A model generated the notes under the pieces. It did no database searches. It was not told the DNA's origin and worked only from the letters and a program-made list of their open reading frames with translations. A DNA stretch of 64,000 nt from Abditibacteriaceae bacterium (GTDB taxonomy: Bacteria > Armatimonadota > Abditibacteriia > Abditibacteriales > Abditibacteriaceae), in assembly GCA_965277285.1 (NCBI GenBank), contig OZ255721.1:2016001-2080000 (forward strand). Reading direction: 5' to 3'. Both the position numbers and the translations under genes were made by a program. Of the stretch, positions 48,015-58,063 are shown piece after piece (within the stretch, counting starts at the first letter, position 1; each line of letters opens with the position of its first letter).

Positions 48015-48087
48015 GTAGGGGTTTGGCGTGCCAAGCCCGCGTTGAACAATCGGCGATGCGCTTGGGCTTGGCACGCCAAACCCCTAC
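48015..48087. repeat. GTAG-type REP inverted pair (GGCTTGGCGTGCCAAGCCC class)
   Basis: GTAGGGGTTTGGCGTGCCAAGCCC ... GGGCTTGGCACGCCAAACCCCTAC; same class at 19471-19494, 26172-26195 and 41405-41432. Confidence 0.8.
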
Positions 48088-48197
48088 AAATGCCGAAAAC
48101 TTTGATACGACTATTAAGCTATTTCAAACAGCTACTTCAACAGCGCCTGTTGCAAGATTACTCGCATCGAGTACTCGATAGGAACAAAAGGAACATT

Positions 48198-51100
48198 ATG
48201 CAGCGCATTCAAGATTTTTCCTGGCGCGAATTTCACATTTCGCGCACCAGCCGCGATAAGTATCAAGTCGACGGTTTGCTGTTCGCCTCCAGTGGCAACG
48301 TGCTGCTGGCCAATTTTGGCGCGGCGCGACTCTTAGCGCAGAAGATGAACGCGTGCCGCGACTTGATTCAATTTCCCGAAACCGCCGTCAAAGCCTCGCA
48401 CATCAACGCGATGGGTTTGCTCGATGAAGTTCTGCACTTCGTCGTCGCGCGCTACCGCGAAGAACGCAATCCGCAAGCGATGAGCGCCGCCTTGTCCTGG
48501 CTCGATTCGCATCTGGGCGCCGTCGCCGTTGATCGCGCGTTGCTGCGCTTTAGCGAAGAATTTCCGCCGCTGGCGGTTGCTCAAGGCGAAATGACGCCCC
48601 TCGAATACTCGAAAGCCTTGACCGACGGCGTTTCCAATCGGGAAATCGCGCTCGAAGAAATGATGATGTTGTGGCTGTCGAATCTCAATCCGGCGCTGCA
48701 GCCGTTCGGCGAATTGTTCGACGATTCAGGTTTGGAAACCACCGCTTACAAGCCGCTGATGAGCAGCCTGCGCGCGTTTTTCGCCACGCAGCCGACCTTT
48801 GGGCCGGACAACCAGAACCTGATTGACCTGCTGCGCGCTCCGGCTCTGGCCAATCCCGATTCGATTTTCGCACAACTTGAATACATTTTGGGACGTTGGG
48901 GCACGTTGGCGCCAGCATTTTTGCAGCGTTTGTTGTCGAGCCTCGATTTCATCCGCGAAGACGAAAAAGCCGGTTTCACGGGACATGGCCCGTCGCAAGT
49001 CCCGACTTTTGGTGTGGGTTCGAGTACTCGAAGTGGTTCGAGCGTTGGCCTGGACGAACCGGAACGTTTCAGCGAAGACCGCGAATGGATGCCGCGCGCC
49101 GTTTTGATGGCAAAAAACGCGTACGTCTGGCGCGATCAATTGACCAAGAAATATGGTCGCCCGATTCGCACACTGGATCAAATTCCCGATGAAGAATTGG
49201 ATGCTTTATCGGCGCAAGGCTTCACCGGTTTGTGGCTGATCGGTTTGTGGGAGCGCAGCGTCGCCTCGCAGCGCATCAAGCAAATGTGCGGCAACGAAGA
49301 CGCGGTTGCGTCCGCCTATTCGCTGTACGATTACGAAATCGCGCACGATCTGGGCGGCGAAGCGGCGATGCACAATTTGCGCGAGCGCGCCGGAAGTCGC
49401 GGCGTGCGCATGGCTTCCGACATGGTTCCCAACCACATGGCGATAGATTCGCGCTGGGTGATGGAACATCCCGACTGGTTCCTTTCGCTCGACCATCCGC
49501 CGTTTCCGACTTACACTTTCAACGGCGCCGATTTATCGCAAGACGAGCGCATCGGCATTTATTTGGAAGATCATTACTATTCCAAGAGCGACGCGGCGGT
49601 CGTTTTCAAGCGCGTTGACCGTTGGACGGGCGACACCAAATACATTTATCACGGCAACGACGGCACCACGATGCCATGGAACGACACGGCGCAGTTGAAT
49701 TATCTGCGTCACGACGTGCGCGAAGCGGTCGTCCAAACGATTTTGCACGTCGCGCGACAGTTCCCGATCATTCGTTTCGACGCCGCCATGACATTGGCCA
49801 AGCGGCATTATCAACGATTGTGGTTTCCGCAGCCTGGAACCGGCGGCGCCATTCCTTCGCGCGCCGAACATGGACTGGATGCGGATGCCTTCAACGAAGC
49901 GTTTCCCGAAGAATTCTGGCGCGAAGTCGTCGACAGAGTGGCGGCAGAAGCGCCCGACACTTTGCTTTTGGCCGAAGCGTTCTGGATGATGGAAGGTTAT
50001 TTCGTGCGCACGCTGGGAATGCACCGCGTTTATAATAGCGCGTTTATGAACATGATGCGCGACGAAGAAAACCTGAAATATCGCCTGGTGTTGAAGAACA
50101 CGCTGGAGTTCGATCCCGATATTTTGAAGCGCTACGTCAACTTCATGAACAATCCCGACGAAGACACCGCAGTCGAGCAATTCGGCAAAGACGGCAAATA
50201 CTTCGGCGTCTGCACCATGATGGCAACGCTTCCCGGCCTGCCAATGTTCGGGCACGGGCAATTGGAAGGTTTCGCGGAAAAATACGGCATGGAATATCAG
50301 CGCGCGTATTGGGACGAAACGCCGGACGCGCAACTTCTAAGTCGTCACGAACGCGAGATTTTCCCGTTGCTCAAGCGCCGCCACATCTTCGCCGAAGCGC
50401 ACAACTTTTTGCTGTACGATTTCTGGACGGGTGATGGCGGCGTCAACGAAGACGTTTTCGCGTACTCGAATCGCAGCGGAGACGAACGCGCGCTCGTCAT
50501 TTTCCACAACAAATACGCGAGCGCGGCGGGCTGGATTCGCACTTCAGCCGGAAGCGCGCGCAAACATGCCGATGGGCAAAAACATATCGAGCAGAAAACT
50601 TTGGGCGATGGCTTGAGTTTGAGTCATGATGCCAATCGTTTCACAATTTTCCGCGACAACGTGAGCGGCCTGGAATACATTCGTTCGAGTACTCAATTGT
50701 GCGAGAAGGGCTTGTATGTCGAACTGGGCGCGTATGAATCGCACGTCTTTCTCGATTTCCGCGAAGTCGAGGACAGCGTGGAACGGCACTACGAAAAGCT
50801 GGCGACGGCGCTCGATGGTCGCGGCGTGCCCAACATCGGAACGGCGTTGCGCGAATTGGCCTTGCAGCCGGTTCACAAGCCATTCACAACCTTGCTGAAC
50901 GCCGATTTGTTGCGTCGCCTGATCGGGACAAAAACGGAAAAACCCGCAACGCGCGCCAAAACCGCTGGTGTCACGGCAGCAGCGCAACGTGAAAGCGCGT
51001 TGGTTGAAGTCGAAAGTGGCACGCGTTTTCTGGTGCGCGCGATTCGCGTTCATCAAGGCGCCATGATGGATTTGTCCATCAACGGCAAATCGAGCGAAGA

Positions 51101-51857
51101 CATTGTGGCGCAGGCCGTCCGCGAAAATGTCGAAGCGACTTTGCAAATCGAGAAACTGACGCGCGGCAAAGTCGGGACGTATTTGCAATCGCAATTGACC
51201 GAAGCACATTGGGGTGCGCTGCTCGCTTTGGCCGTCGTCAAAGAATTGGGACGCATTCCGCATCCTGTGTCACCAAGCGCGCCAACGCCGCAAACCGCAA
51301 CTGCAGCAGTAAAATCGCCAACGGCCAGTGTAAAAAGCGCGAAGCAGGAAGCGCTAACAACGGAAACTTCGCCCATCGAGTACTCGAATGACGCGACGCA
51401 AAGCGCAACCACCGACACGATGCAAAGTCGCGCCGCTATTGACGAACTGCTGTTAAATACTCCGATTACGGCAACTTTGCGCGAACTTGGCGCGACACAT
51501 TCGGACGCCGAACGCGCGGTCGAAGCGATCAAAACCCTGACTTCGCTCAGCACGCAATTGCCAGTCACAAGCGAAAACGCAATGCGCGCATTGTTGACAC
51601 ACGCTTTCGTGGACGAAGACGCGCGCCGTTTTCTGGGCGTCAATCGTTACGACGAAGTGTGGTATTTCAACCGCGAAAGTTTCGATCAATTGTTGTGGTG
51701 GCTTTTCGCCGCGAACGCAGCGTCGTTGAGCAACACATTGAGCGAAGAAACCGCCGCTTCACTGGCAAACTTGCACGCGCTGATTCCCACGCTGCACAAA
51801 CAAGCGCAAGCCGCTGGTTTCCAAGTCGAACCTTTCGTGGATGGACTGAAAATTTGA
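48198..51857 (+). CDS. Large GH13 alpha-amylase-family glycosidase
   Basis: DMVPNH, RFDAAM (nucleophile), LAEAFW (acid/base), NNPDE. ATG at 48198 has an AAGGA RBS. Confidence 0.88.
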   Translation: MQRIQDFSWREFHISRTSRDKYQVDGLLFASSGNVLLANFGAARLLAQKMNACRDLIQFPETAVKASHINAMGLLDEVLHFVVARYREERNPQAMSAALSWLDSHLGAVAVDRALLRFSEEFPPLAVAQGEMTPLEYSKALTDGVSNREIALEEMMMLWLSNLNPALQPFGELFDDSGLETTAYKPLMSSLRAFFATQPTFGPDNQNLIDLLRAPALANPDSIFAQLEYILGRWGTLAPAFLQRLLSSLDFIREDEKAGFTGHGPSQVPTFGVGSSTRSGSSVGLDEPERFSEDREWMPRAVLMAKNAYVWRDQLTKKYGRPIRTLDQIPDEELDALSAQGFTGLWLIGLWERSVASQRIKQMCGNEDAVASAYSLYDYEIAHDLGGEAAMHNLRERAGSRGVRMASDMVPNHMAIDSRWVMEHPDWFLSLDHPPFPTYTFNGADLSQDERIGIYLEDHYYSKSDAAVVFKRVDRWTGDTKYIYHGNDGTTMPWNDTAQLNYLRHDVREAVVQTILHVARQFPIIRFDAAMTLAKRHYQRLWFPQPGTGGAIPSRAEHGLDADAFNEAFPEEFWREVVDRVAAEAPDTLLLAEAFWMMEGYFVRTLGMHRVYNSAFMNMMRDEENLKYRLVLKNTLEFDPDILKRYVNFMNNPDEDTAVEQFGKDGKYFGVCTMMATLPGLPMFGHGQLEGFAEKYGMEYQRAYWDETPDAQLLSRHEREIFPLLKRRHIFAEAHNFLLYDFWTGDGGVNEDVFAYSNRSGDERALVIFHNKYASAAGWIRTSAGSARKHADGQKHIEQKTLGDGLSLSHDANRFTIFRDNVSGLEYIRSSTQLCEKGLYVELGAYESHVFLDFREVEDSVERHYEKLATALDGRGVPNIGTALRELALQPVHKPFTTLLNADLLRRLIGTKTEKPATRAKTAGVTAAAQRESALVEVESGTRFLVRAIRVHQGAMMDLSINGKSSEDIVAQAVRENVEATLQIEKLTRGKVGTYLQSQLTEAHWGALLALAVVKELGRIPHPVSPSAPTPQTATAAVKSPTASVKSAKQEALTTETSPIEYSNDATQSATTDTMQSRAAIDELLLNTPITATLRELGATHSDAERAVEAIKTLTSLSTQLPVTSENAMRALLTHAFVDEDARRFLGVNRYDEVWYFNRESFDQLLWWLFAANAASLSNTLSEETAASLANLHALIPTLHKQAQAAGFQVEPFVDGLKI

Positions 51858-51872
51858 GTGATTGAAAGCAGA

Positions 51873-51925
51873 CAAACGAAAGAGCCTTCGCTTAACCAGA
51901 TGAGCGAAGGCTCTTTTGTTTGTCT
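51873..51925 (+). terminator. Intrinsic terminator
   Basis: AAAGAGCCTTCGCT-loop-AGCGAAGGCTCTTTTGTTT. Confidence 0.75.
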
Positions 51926-52192
51926 GCTCCAAGTTGTCACCTTTCGTAAAACCCGCCCCTAAAGGAGCGGGCTGAGTATAAAGCCCCATAAATAGGGCTG
52001 CAAAGTTTCCTCTCAGCCCCATTCATGGGGCTTTTAACTGGTTAGCCCACTCGTTCACGGGTGGGCGGAAATAAGTCACAATACGGATTGTTTATACAAT
52101 CGAGTACTCGATCATCCCAAGTAGAATCCTGCTCGTGAAACAAACCAAGCCGCCCGATTTGAGGTCGGGCGGCTTGATTCGTATGCGGCGCG

Positions 52193-52951
52193 TTAGTCGG
52201 CGACGTGGAAAGTTGGATTGGTTCCCGAAGTTGCGAATGGCGTTGCAAAGCCGTAAATCGCTGTTGTGCGCAGCGCCTTTACATGACCATCGGCAAACAG
52301 GTAGTTGGCGGTTTCCAAGTGGCGATGAGCGACCGTTTGATTAAGAGCCACAGCACCGCAATTGGGCGTCGTTCCGTCGCCGATGAGACCAGTACAGCTA
52401 TAGCCATTGCTATAAGGCAGTCTGTTGTTGGCAGTCCAAGCACCAGCGTCACCAGCCAAAATCGTCAATGAGGGCGATGTTACTTGCGCCAAGGGCGATC
52501 CATAAGAAATCTGGGTCGTTTCATCGGTTCCAGCCAGTCCGCCGTTGCTTGAATAGTCGGTATAAAAGCCCGGCCCTACTGCAGGTGTGCCCCACCAGTT
52601 GTTAGCTCCGGGATCGTCGTTGGCGGCAAAAGTTGAGCTGGGGCAATGTAGAATCCCCGTGCTTTTCAAGTAAGGCTGAATCGCATCCGCCCAGCCAATC
52701 GATTTCGTCGTGCCGCCATACGAAGGATATTTTTCGTCGTATTCCTGTGTGTACTGCGTAAAAGCAAGACCGATTTGCTTCAGGTTGCTGCCGCAACTGG
52801 CACGACGTGCGCTTTCACGAGCTTTGGCGAAAGCCGGAAAAAGAATCGCGGCCAAAATTGCAATAATGGCGATAACGACGAGCAGTTCGATCAGCGTGAA
52901 GCCGCGACGCGCGGTTTGGTTCGACATGCAACGATTCGATGTGAGTCTCAT
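52193..52951 (-). CDS. DUF1559 / prepilin-type N-terminal methylation protein with H-X9-DG motif
   Basis: [70 protein letters not shown]. Confidence 0.92.
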   Translation of the reverse strand: MRLTSNRCMSNQTARRGFTLIELLVVIAIIAILAAILFPAFAKARESARRASCGSNLKQIGLAFTQYTQEYDEKYPSYGGTTKSIGWADAIQPYLKSTGILHCPSSTFAANDDPGANNWWGTPAVGPGFYTDYSSNGGLAGTDETTQISYGSPLAQVTSPSLTILAGDAGAWTANNRLPYSNGYSCTGLIGDGTTPNCGAVALNQTVAHRHLETANYLFADGHVKALRTTAIYGFATPFATSGTNPTFHVAD

Positions 52952-53032
52952 TTCAATTCTCCTGTAGTTCGCTGTGCGCGCCATTTCGCTGGCACGCGGC
53001 TGAAACTTTGTTCATTTGTTCAACTGAAGCAC

Positions 53033-54031
53033 TCAAGCTGTATCGCCTGGCCACAATGTGACCGGCAGACAAGTTTCGGAGGCGGCTTCCTCGCCATCCA
53101 TGTGACGAAGCAAAATCTCCATCGCGGTGGTGGCCATTTGTTCCCAGGGGCAACTTATCGTTACCAATTGGCGCGCTGGCAGCTTGGTGTCGATAAAACC
53201 ATCAAACCCCGTAATCGCCAACTCCTGCGGAACACGCACGCCGCTTTCCTGGCAGCGTCTCAACAAGTTGTAAGCGGCGCGATCATTCCAGCAAAACACC
53301 GCCAAAGGTTGCCCGGGATGCTCTTTGCCGCTTTGCAGCAGCACCGGCAACACTGGCTCGACTTCTTCCGAATGAATGCGATAAATGCGCGCGTCCGGGG
53401 CAGCAACGCCGCGCTCGCACAACAAATTTTGGAAAGCGTGGCAACGACGTTCCACCGAGGTCAGGTGCTGGTGCGGTGCGAGAAATGCGAAACGACGATA
53501 ACCGCGCCCCCACGAGTACTCGATCAATTGTCGTATGCCGTCGGTATTGTCGAACGTCACCGAAGGAATGTCTGGCAATGTATCCGCGAGCGCCATCACA
53601 TGAAGCGAAGACGACGCCAATTTTTTCACCAGCGGGTCATCAGGTAGAGAGTGCAAAAACAATCCATCGATGCGACGATCCCGCAATCTATTGAAGATTT
53701 CCTCCTTGGAACGATCACGAAACGCGGCGAACATCAATAAATCCAGATGATGCACGTTGCAGGCTCGCTGCAATCCGGCGATGAGAGCCGACAAAAAATC
53801 GTTGCGCGCATCGTAATCGTGAACCGTATACAAACCAATGCTGTGCGTGCGCCCATGACGCAAGGAACGCGCTACTGCATTCGGCTGATAACCCAATCGC
53901 TGTGCTGCTTCAAGAACCCGCGCCTTCGTGTCCGCCGACACACGATGTCCCTGCGCATCGCTCAAAATACGCGACACTGTGGGCTGCGATAAGCCCAGTT
54001 CGCGGGCGATGTCCTTTGCCGTTACAGACAT
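53033..54031 (-). CDS. LacI-family transcriptional regulator
   Basis: TAKDIARELGLSQPTVSRIL, LGYQPNAVARSL, VPQELAITGFDG. Confidence 0.94.
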   Translation of the reverse strand: MSVTAKDIARELGLSQPTVSRILSDAQGHRVSADTKARVLEAAQRLGYQPNAVARSLRHGRTHSIGLYTVHDYDARNDFLSALIAGLQRACNVHHLDLLMFAAFRDRSKEEIFNRLRDRRIDGLFLHSLPDDPLVKKLASSSLHVMALADTLPDIPSVTFDNTDGIRQLIEYSWGRGYRRFAFLAPHQHLTSVERRCHAFQNLLCERGVAAPDARIYRIHSEEVEPVLPVLLQSGKEHPGQPLAVFCWNDRAAYNLLRRCQESGVRVPQELAITGFDGFIDTKLPARQLVTISCPWEQMATTAMEILLRHMDGEEAASETCLPVTLWPGDTA

Positions 54032-54040
54032 AACTCATTC

Positions 54041-54060
54041 TTGCGCATCCGTATGCGCAA
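54041..54060. promoter_or_regulatory. Candidate LacI-type operator
   Basis: Near-perfect palindrome TTGCGCATCCGTATGCGCAA with central CG, 10 bp upstream of the lacI start. Confidence 0.5.
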
Positions 54061-54434
54061 ACTTTTACCAAAAGTAACCTGTGTGTATTAATGCTTACCG
54101 GTATTATACCCATCTCGTTAATTTTTCAAACATTTTTCCAGATAAATTTGAAACTTTTTTTGAGGCTATTCATAGGTCGCGTTCGCCGCGCAAAAAGTCC
54201 GTTGTGCATCAAGCTCAATCGGCAGATTGCGAGCGGCGTTTTGGAATACCAGCGATAGTTCGTTTGAATCATTGCGCAATTTTTCGCTGGGTTTGTAGAG
54301 AATGCGAATCGAGTACTCGATAGCAGGCAATAAGCGAAGACAGCGATGCGAACAAGAACAAACACAACTTTTCGGCTTCGGTTCGCAAGTTGCCCATAAG
54401 ACGCGCGCCCACAAAAAGATCAAATGGAGCGATG

Positions 54435-55403
54435 ATGCAAAGCATAGAAAAACGACTTTTGGGACAATCGGGATTGGAAGTCACGGTTGTGACGTTTGGC
54501 GGCTGGCAAGCTGGAAAATCCGGCTGGACCGATGTCGATGATGGCGAAAGCATCAAGGCCATGCGCGCCGCTTATAACGCTGGCATCAATTTTTTCGATA
54601 CCGCCGAAGGCTACGGCGACGGACACGGCGAATCAGTCATGGGCGAAGCGTTACAATCTGTGCGCGACCAGATTTTCATCGCCACCAAAGTCAGCGGTCA
54701 CAAAACCGATGAAGTCACCGAGGCGTGCGAGAAAAGCCTGAAACGTTTAAAAACTGATCACATCGACTTGTATCAGATTCACTGGCCTGCGGGTTCGTGG
54801 GGCGGCGACATCGTGCCGGTCGAAGAAACCATGAGCGCCATGGTCAAATTGAAAGAAGCGGGCAAAATTCGCGCGATTGGCGTTTCCAATTTTTCGAGCG
54901 CGCAAATCGAGGAAGCGCTGCAGTTTGGTCGCATTGATTCGCTGCAGCCGCCCTACTCGCTTTTCTGGCGCGAGTACGAAACCAACGGCACACTGCAAAC
55001 CTGCGCGAAGCACAACATCGGCGTTATCGCGTATTCACCGCTCGCGCAAGGCTTGTTGACCGGCAAGTTTTCGCTGGACAATCGTCCTCAGGAAGGCGAC
55101 AATCGCAACGGCAACACGCTGTTCAAAGGCGAACACTATGAAAGTGCGCTGGCCGCTGTCGAACAATTGAAGCCGATTGCGCAGAAATATGGCGTCACGA
55201 CTGGCCAACTGGGACTACAATGGTTGCTGGGTCAACCGGCCATGACAAGCGTAATTGTTGGCGCGCGCAACGTCGAGCAAGTGCAGGGCAACGCCGCCTG
55301 CGCCGGTTTCAAAATTAGCGAAGAAGATCGCGCCGCCATTGATGCCATCGGTCGCACCGTAACCGACAAACTGCCCGAAGGCAAGACAAATATGTGGGCT
55401 TGA
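54435..55403 (+). CDS. Aldo/keto reductase
   Basis: GINFFDTAEGYG, IATK, LKTDHIDLYQIHWP, GKIRAIGVSNF, YSPLAQGLLTGK. Confidence 0.93.
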   Translation: MQSIEKRLLGQSGLEVTVVTFGGWQAGKSGWTDVDDGESIKAMRAAYNAGINFFDTAEGYGDGHGESVMGEALQSVRDQIFIATKVSGHKTDEVTEACEKSLKRLKTDHIDLYQIHWPAGSWGGDIVPVEETMSAMVKLKEAGKIRAIGVSNFSSAQIEEALQFGRIDSLQPPYSLFWREYETNGTLQTCAKHNIGVIAYSPLAQGLLTGKFSLDNRPQEGDNRNGNTLFKGEHYESALAAVEQLKPIAQKYGVTTGQLGLQWLLGQPAMTSVIVGARNVEQVQGNAACAGFKISEEDRAAIDAIGRTVTDKLPEGKTNMWA

Positions 55404-55421
55404 ACAAAAGCTTGCCTGAAT

Positions 55422-55449
55422 GTAGGGGCGAGGCATGCCTCGCCCCTAC
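55422..55449. repeat. GTAG-type REP (GGCGAGGCATGCCTCGCC class)
   Basis: Perfect palindrome GTAGGGGCGAGGCATGCCTCGCCCCTAC; same class at 4343-4370 and 13029-13096. Confidence 0.8.
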
Positions 55450-55517
55450 GGATTCCAGTTTCCTCCGGTGCAAGTCGTCAGGTGTCAGGCGCCATCGAGT
55501 ACTCGATGTTTGGTAAC

Positions 55518-55696
55518 CAGTGGTGCGGATTGCAATTGCCCTGCGAGTAAACTCGCGGTTCGGCCTCCTACGGAGGACAAAGTCGACCTGCGCCGACTAC
55601 AAATTGGAACTGTTTAGTCGGCGAAGGCCGACTTTGTCCCGTGAAACGGGCCCAGCCGCGAGTTCACTCGCAGGGCAATTGCAATCCGCACCACTG
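55518..55696. repeat. Approximately 180 bp fold-back element
   Basis: CAGTGGTGCGGATTGCAATTGCCCTGCGAGTAAACTCGCGG ... CCGCGAGTTCACTCGCAGGGCAATTGCAATCCGCACCACTG, with an inner GGACAAAGTCG..CCGACTA / TAGTCGG..CGACTTTGTCC pair. Confidence 0.8.
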
Positions 55697-55717
55697 ATTA
55701 GGTAAAAAGGAGCAGGA

Positions 55718-56791
55718 ATGAGCGAAACAATGCAAGCCGCCGTGTTGCATGGCGTGCATGATTTGCGAGTGGAAGACGTGCCGCGTCCAGGCGCGCCAAC
55801 GGCCAACGAGGCGCGCATTCAGATCAATGCGGTCGGCGTCTGCGGCTCCGATGTTCATTATTGGGAACACGGTCGCATCGGCGATTTTGTGGTGCGCGCG
55901 CCGATGATCTTAGGTCACGAATGCGCGGGAACTGTCGTCGAAGTCGGGAAAAACGTTTCGCATTTGAAGGCTGGCGACCGCGTCGCTTTGGAACCTGGCG
56001 TGCCACGCCTGTCGAACGCGACTTCGCATTATTATATGAAGCGCGGGCAATACAATTTGTGCCCCGACATCTTCTTTTTCGCCACGCCGCCCGATCATGG
56101 CGCGTTTTGCGATTACGTCAATCATCCCGCCGATTTTTGTTTCAAATTGCCCGACAACGTGTCATTGGAAGAAGGCGCCATGATCGAACCGCTTTCGACT
56201 GGCATTTACGCCGCGCGTGTTGCACCGATTCAAATGGGCGATGTGGTGGCGATCACCGGCGCCGGGCCGATTGGATTGATGAACTTGCTGGCCGCCAAAG
56301 CTGCGGGAGCCGCGCACGTCCTGATTTCCGATTTCGTGGACGAACGCTTGCAAACCGCGCGCGAAATCGGCGCTACCAAAACTATCAAGGGCGATGCGGA
56401 AGAATTGAAGCAAGCGGCGCGCGATTTAACAAACGGGCGCGGCGCCGATGTCTGCATTGAAGCCGCCGGTCATCCTGCCGCGATTGCCGCTTGCATCGGA
56501 GCCGTGCGCGCTGGAGGAACCGTTGTTTTGATTGGAATGCCGCCGCAAGATACGGCGGAGATCAACATCAACGACTTGATTGCGCGCGAAATCACCCTGC
56601 GCCCGATTTTTCGCTATAACAACACTTTTCCAACGGGCGTCAATTTATTGGCCAGTGGCAAAGTCGATGTGAAGCCGCTGATTTCTAAACGCTTTTCCCT
56701 GTCGCAAACGCCCGAAGCTTTCGAGTTCGTGGCCGCTAATCGCAATACTTGCATCAAAGCCGTTGTTGAAATCGCTTCTCAGAGTATGTAG
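55718..56791 (+). CDS. Zn-dependent polyol dehydrogenase (xylitol/sorbitol dehydrogenase-like)
   Basis: GVCGSDVHY, GHE, GDRVALEPG, EEGAMIEPL, GAGPIG, FRYNN. Confidence 0.9.
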   Translation: MSETMQAAVLHGVHDLRVEDVPRPGAPTANEARIQINAVGVCGSDVHYWEHGRIGDFVVRAPMILGHECAGTVVEVGKNVSHLKAGDRVALEPGVPRLSNATSHYYMKRGQYNLCPDIFFFATPPDHGAFCDYVNHPADFCFKLPDNVSLEEGAMIEPLSTGIYAARVAPIQMGDVVAITGAGPIGLMNLLAAKAAGAAHVLISDFVDERLQTAREIGATKTIKGDAEELKQAARDLTNGRGADVCIEAAGHPAAIAACIGAVRAGGTVVLIGMPPQDTAEININDLIAREITLRPIFRYNNTFPTGVNLLASGKVDVKPLISKRFSLSQTPEAFEFVAANRNTCIKAVVEIASQSM

Positions 56792-56835
56792 AGAAAGTAG
56801 GAAAAAGCGATCAAACTCGCAGTTTGTCATTCTGA

Positions 56836-56996
56836 AAGGGTGTATAGGAAAGCCGAAAAGCAACAGGAAACGCTCGAAAGTAAGAGTTTGTCATTCTGAG
56901 CGTAGCGAAGAATCTAACTGCAGTTAGATTCTTCGCTACGCTCAGAATGACAAACTCTTACTTTTATGGCGTTCTGCTCACTTCCTATACAACCTC
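56836..56996. mobile_element. MITE with the ends of the resident IS5-family element
   Basis: AAGGGTGTATAGGAA ... TTCCTATACAACCTC flanked by TGA/TGA; non-coding interior containing a REP hairpin. Confidence 0.78.
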
Positions 56997-57112
56997 TGAA
57001 AATGACAAACTGCGAGTTTGACCGCTTTTTCACGCATTATGAACTTTAGAAAAGTTACTGCAGACAAGGTAGGCAGCAGTTGCACGGTTGAAAAACTAAA
57101 GAGCAGATCATC

Positions 57113-58063
57113 TCAAGACTTGTGATGATGCTCCAGGTACCATTCATAAGTTTTCTGTACGCCATCACGCAAAGCAATGCGCGAGTGCCAACCGGCATCG
57201 GCTAAAAGCGATACATCCATCAGCTTGCGTGGCGTGCCATCGGGCTTTGAAGCGTCAAAAACCAAGTCGCCTTCGTATCCAACGACTTCTTTAAGCAGCA
57301 GCGCCAGGTCACGAATCGAAATATCCTGGCCGGTTCCTACGTTAATCGGGCCTGCAGCCGACCAGTGTTTCATCAGGAAAACACAAGCGTCCGCCAGGTC
57401 GTCGACATACAAGAATTCGCGCAGCGGCTTGCCACTACCCCAAATTTCGACCGTTGCCGAGCCAGCTTGCTTTGCATCATCCATCTTGCGCATCAAAGCC
57501 GGTAACACATGGCTGCTTTTAAGATCGAAATTATCGCCTGGCCCATACATATTTGTCGGCATGGCACTGATGAAATCACAGCCATATTGGGATCGATAAT
57601 GGTCGCACATCTCGATAGCCGCGATTTTGGCCACGGCGTAGGCGCGGTTTGTTTCTTCCAACGGCCCCGTCATCAAGTATTCTTCTTTCAACGGTTGCGG
57701 CGCCAAACGTGGGTAAATGCAACTGCTGCCCAGGTTCAACAGCTTTCGCGTGTCGTGCTGATAAGCGGCGTGGATGACATTGGTCGCAATGGTCAGGTTA
57801 TCGTAAAGAAAATTGGCCGGATACGTCGAGTTCGCCAGAATGCCGCCGACTTTCGCTGCGGCGAGAAAGACATACGCTGGACGTTCTTGCGCAAAAAATT
57901 TCTGCACTGCAGCCTGGTCGCGCAAATCTAACTCGGCGCTGCGCCTTGTGAGAAGGTTGGTATAACCAGAATCTTGCAAATGCCGCAGCAGGGCGCTACC
58001 AACCAAACCATGGTGTCCTGCCACATAAATCTTGGCTTCCAAAGGCAAGAAAGTATCCTTCAT
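57113..58063 (-). CDS. fcl: GDP-L-fucose synthase
   Basis: [50 protein letters not shown]. Confidence 0.96.
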   Translation of the reverse strand: MKDTFLPLEAKIYVAGHHGLVGSALLRHLQDSGYTNLLTRRSAELDLRDQAAVQKFFAQERPAYVFLAAAKVGGILANSTYPANFLYDNLTIATNVIHAAYQHDTRKLLNLGSSCIYPRLAPQPLKEEYLMTGPLEETNRAYAVAKIAAIEMCDHYRSQYGCDFISAMPTNMYGPGDNFDLKSSHVLPALMRKMDDAKQAGSATVEIWGSGKPLREFLYVDDLADACVFLMKHWSAAGPINVGTGQDISIRDLALLLKEVVGYEGDLVFDASKPDGTPRKLMDVSLLADAGWHSRIALRDGVQKTYEWYLEHHHKS

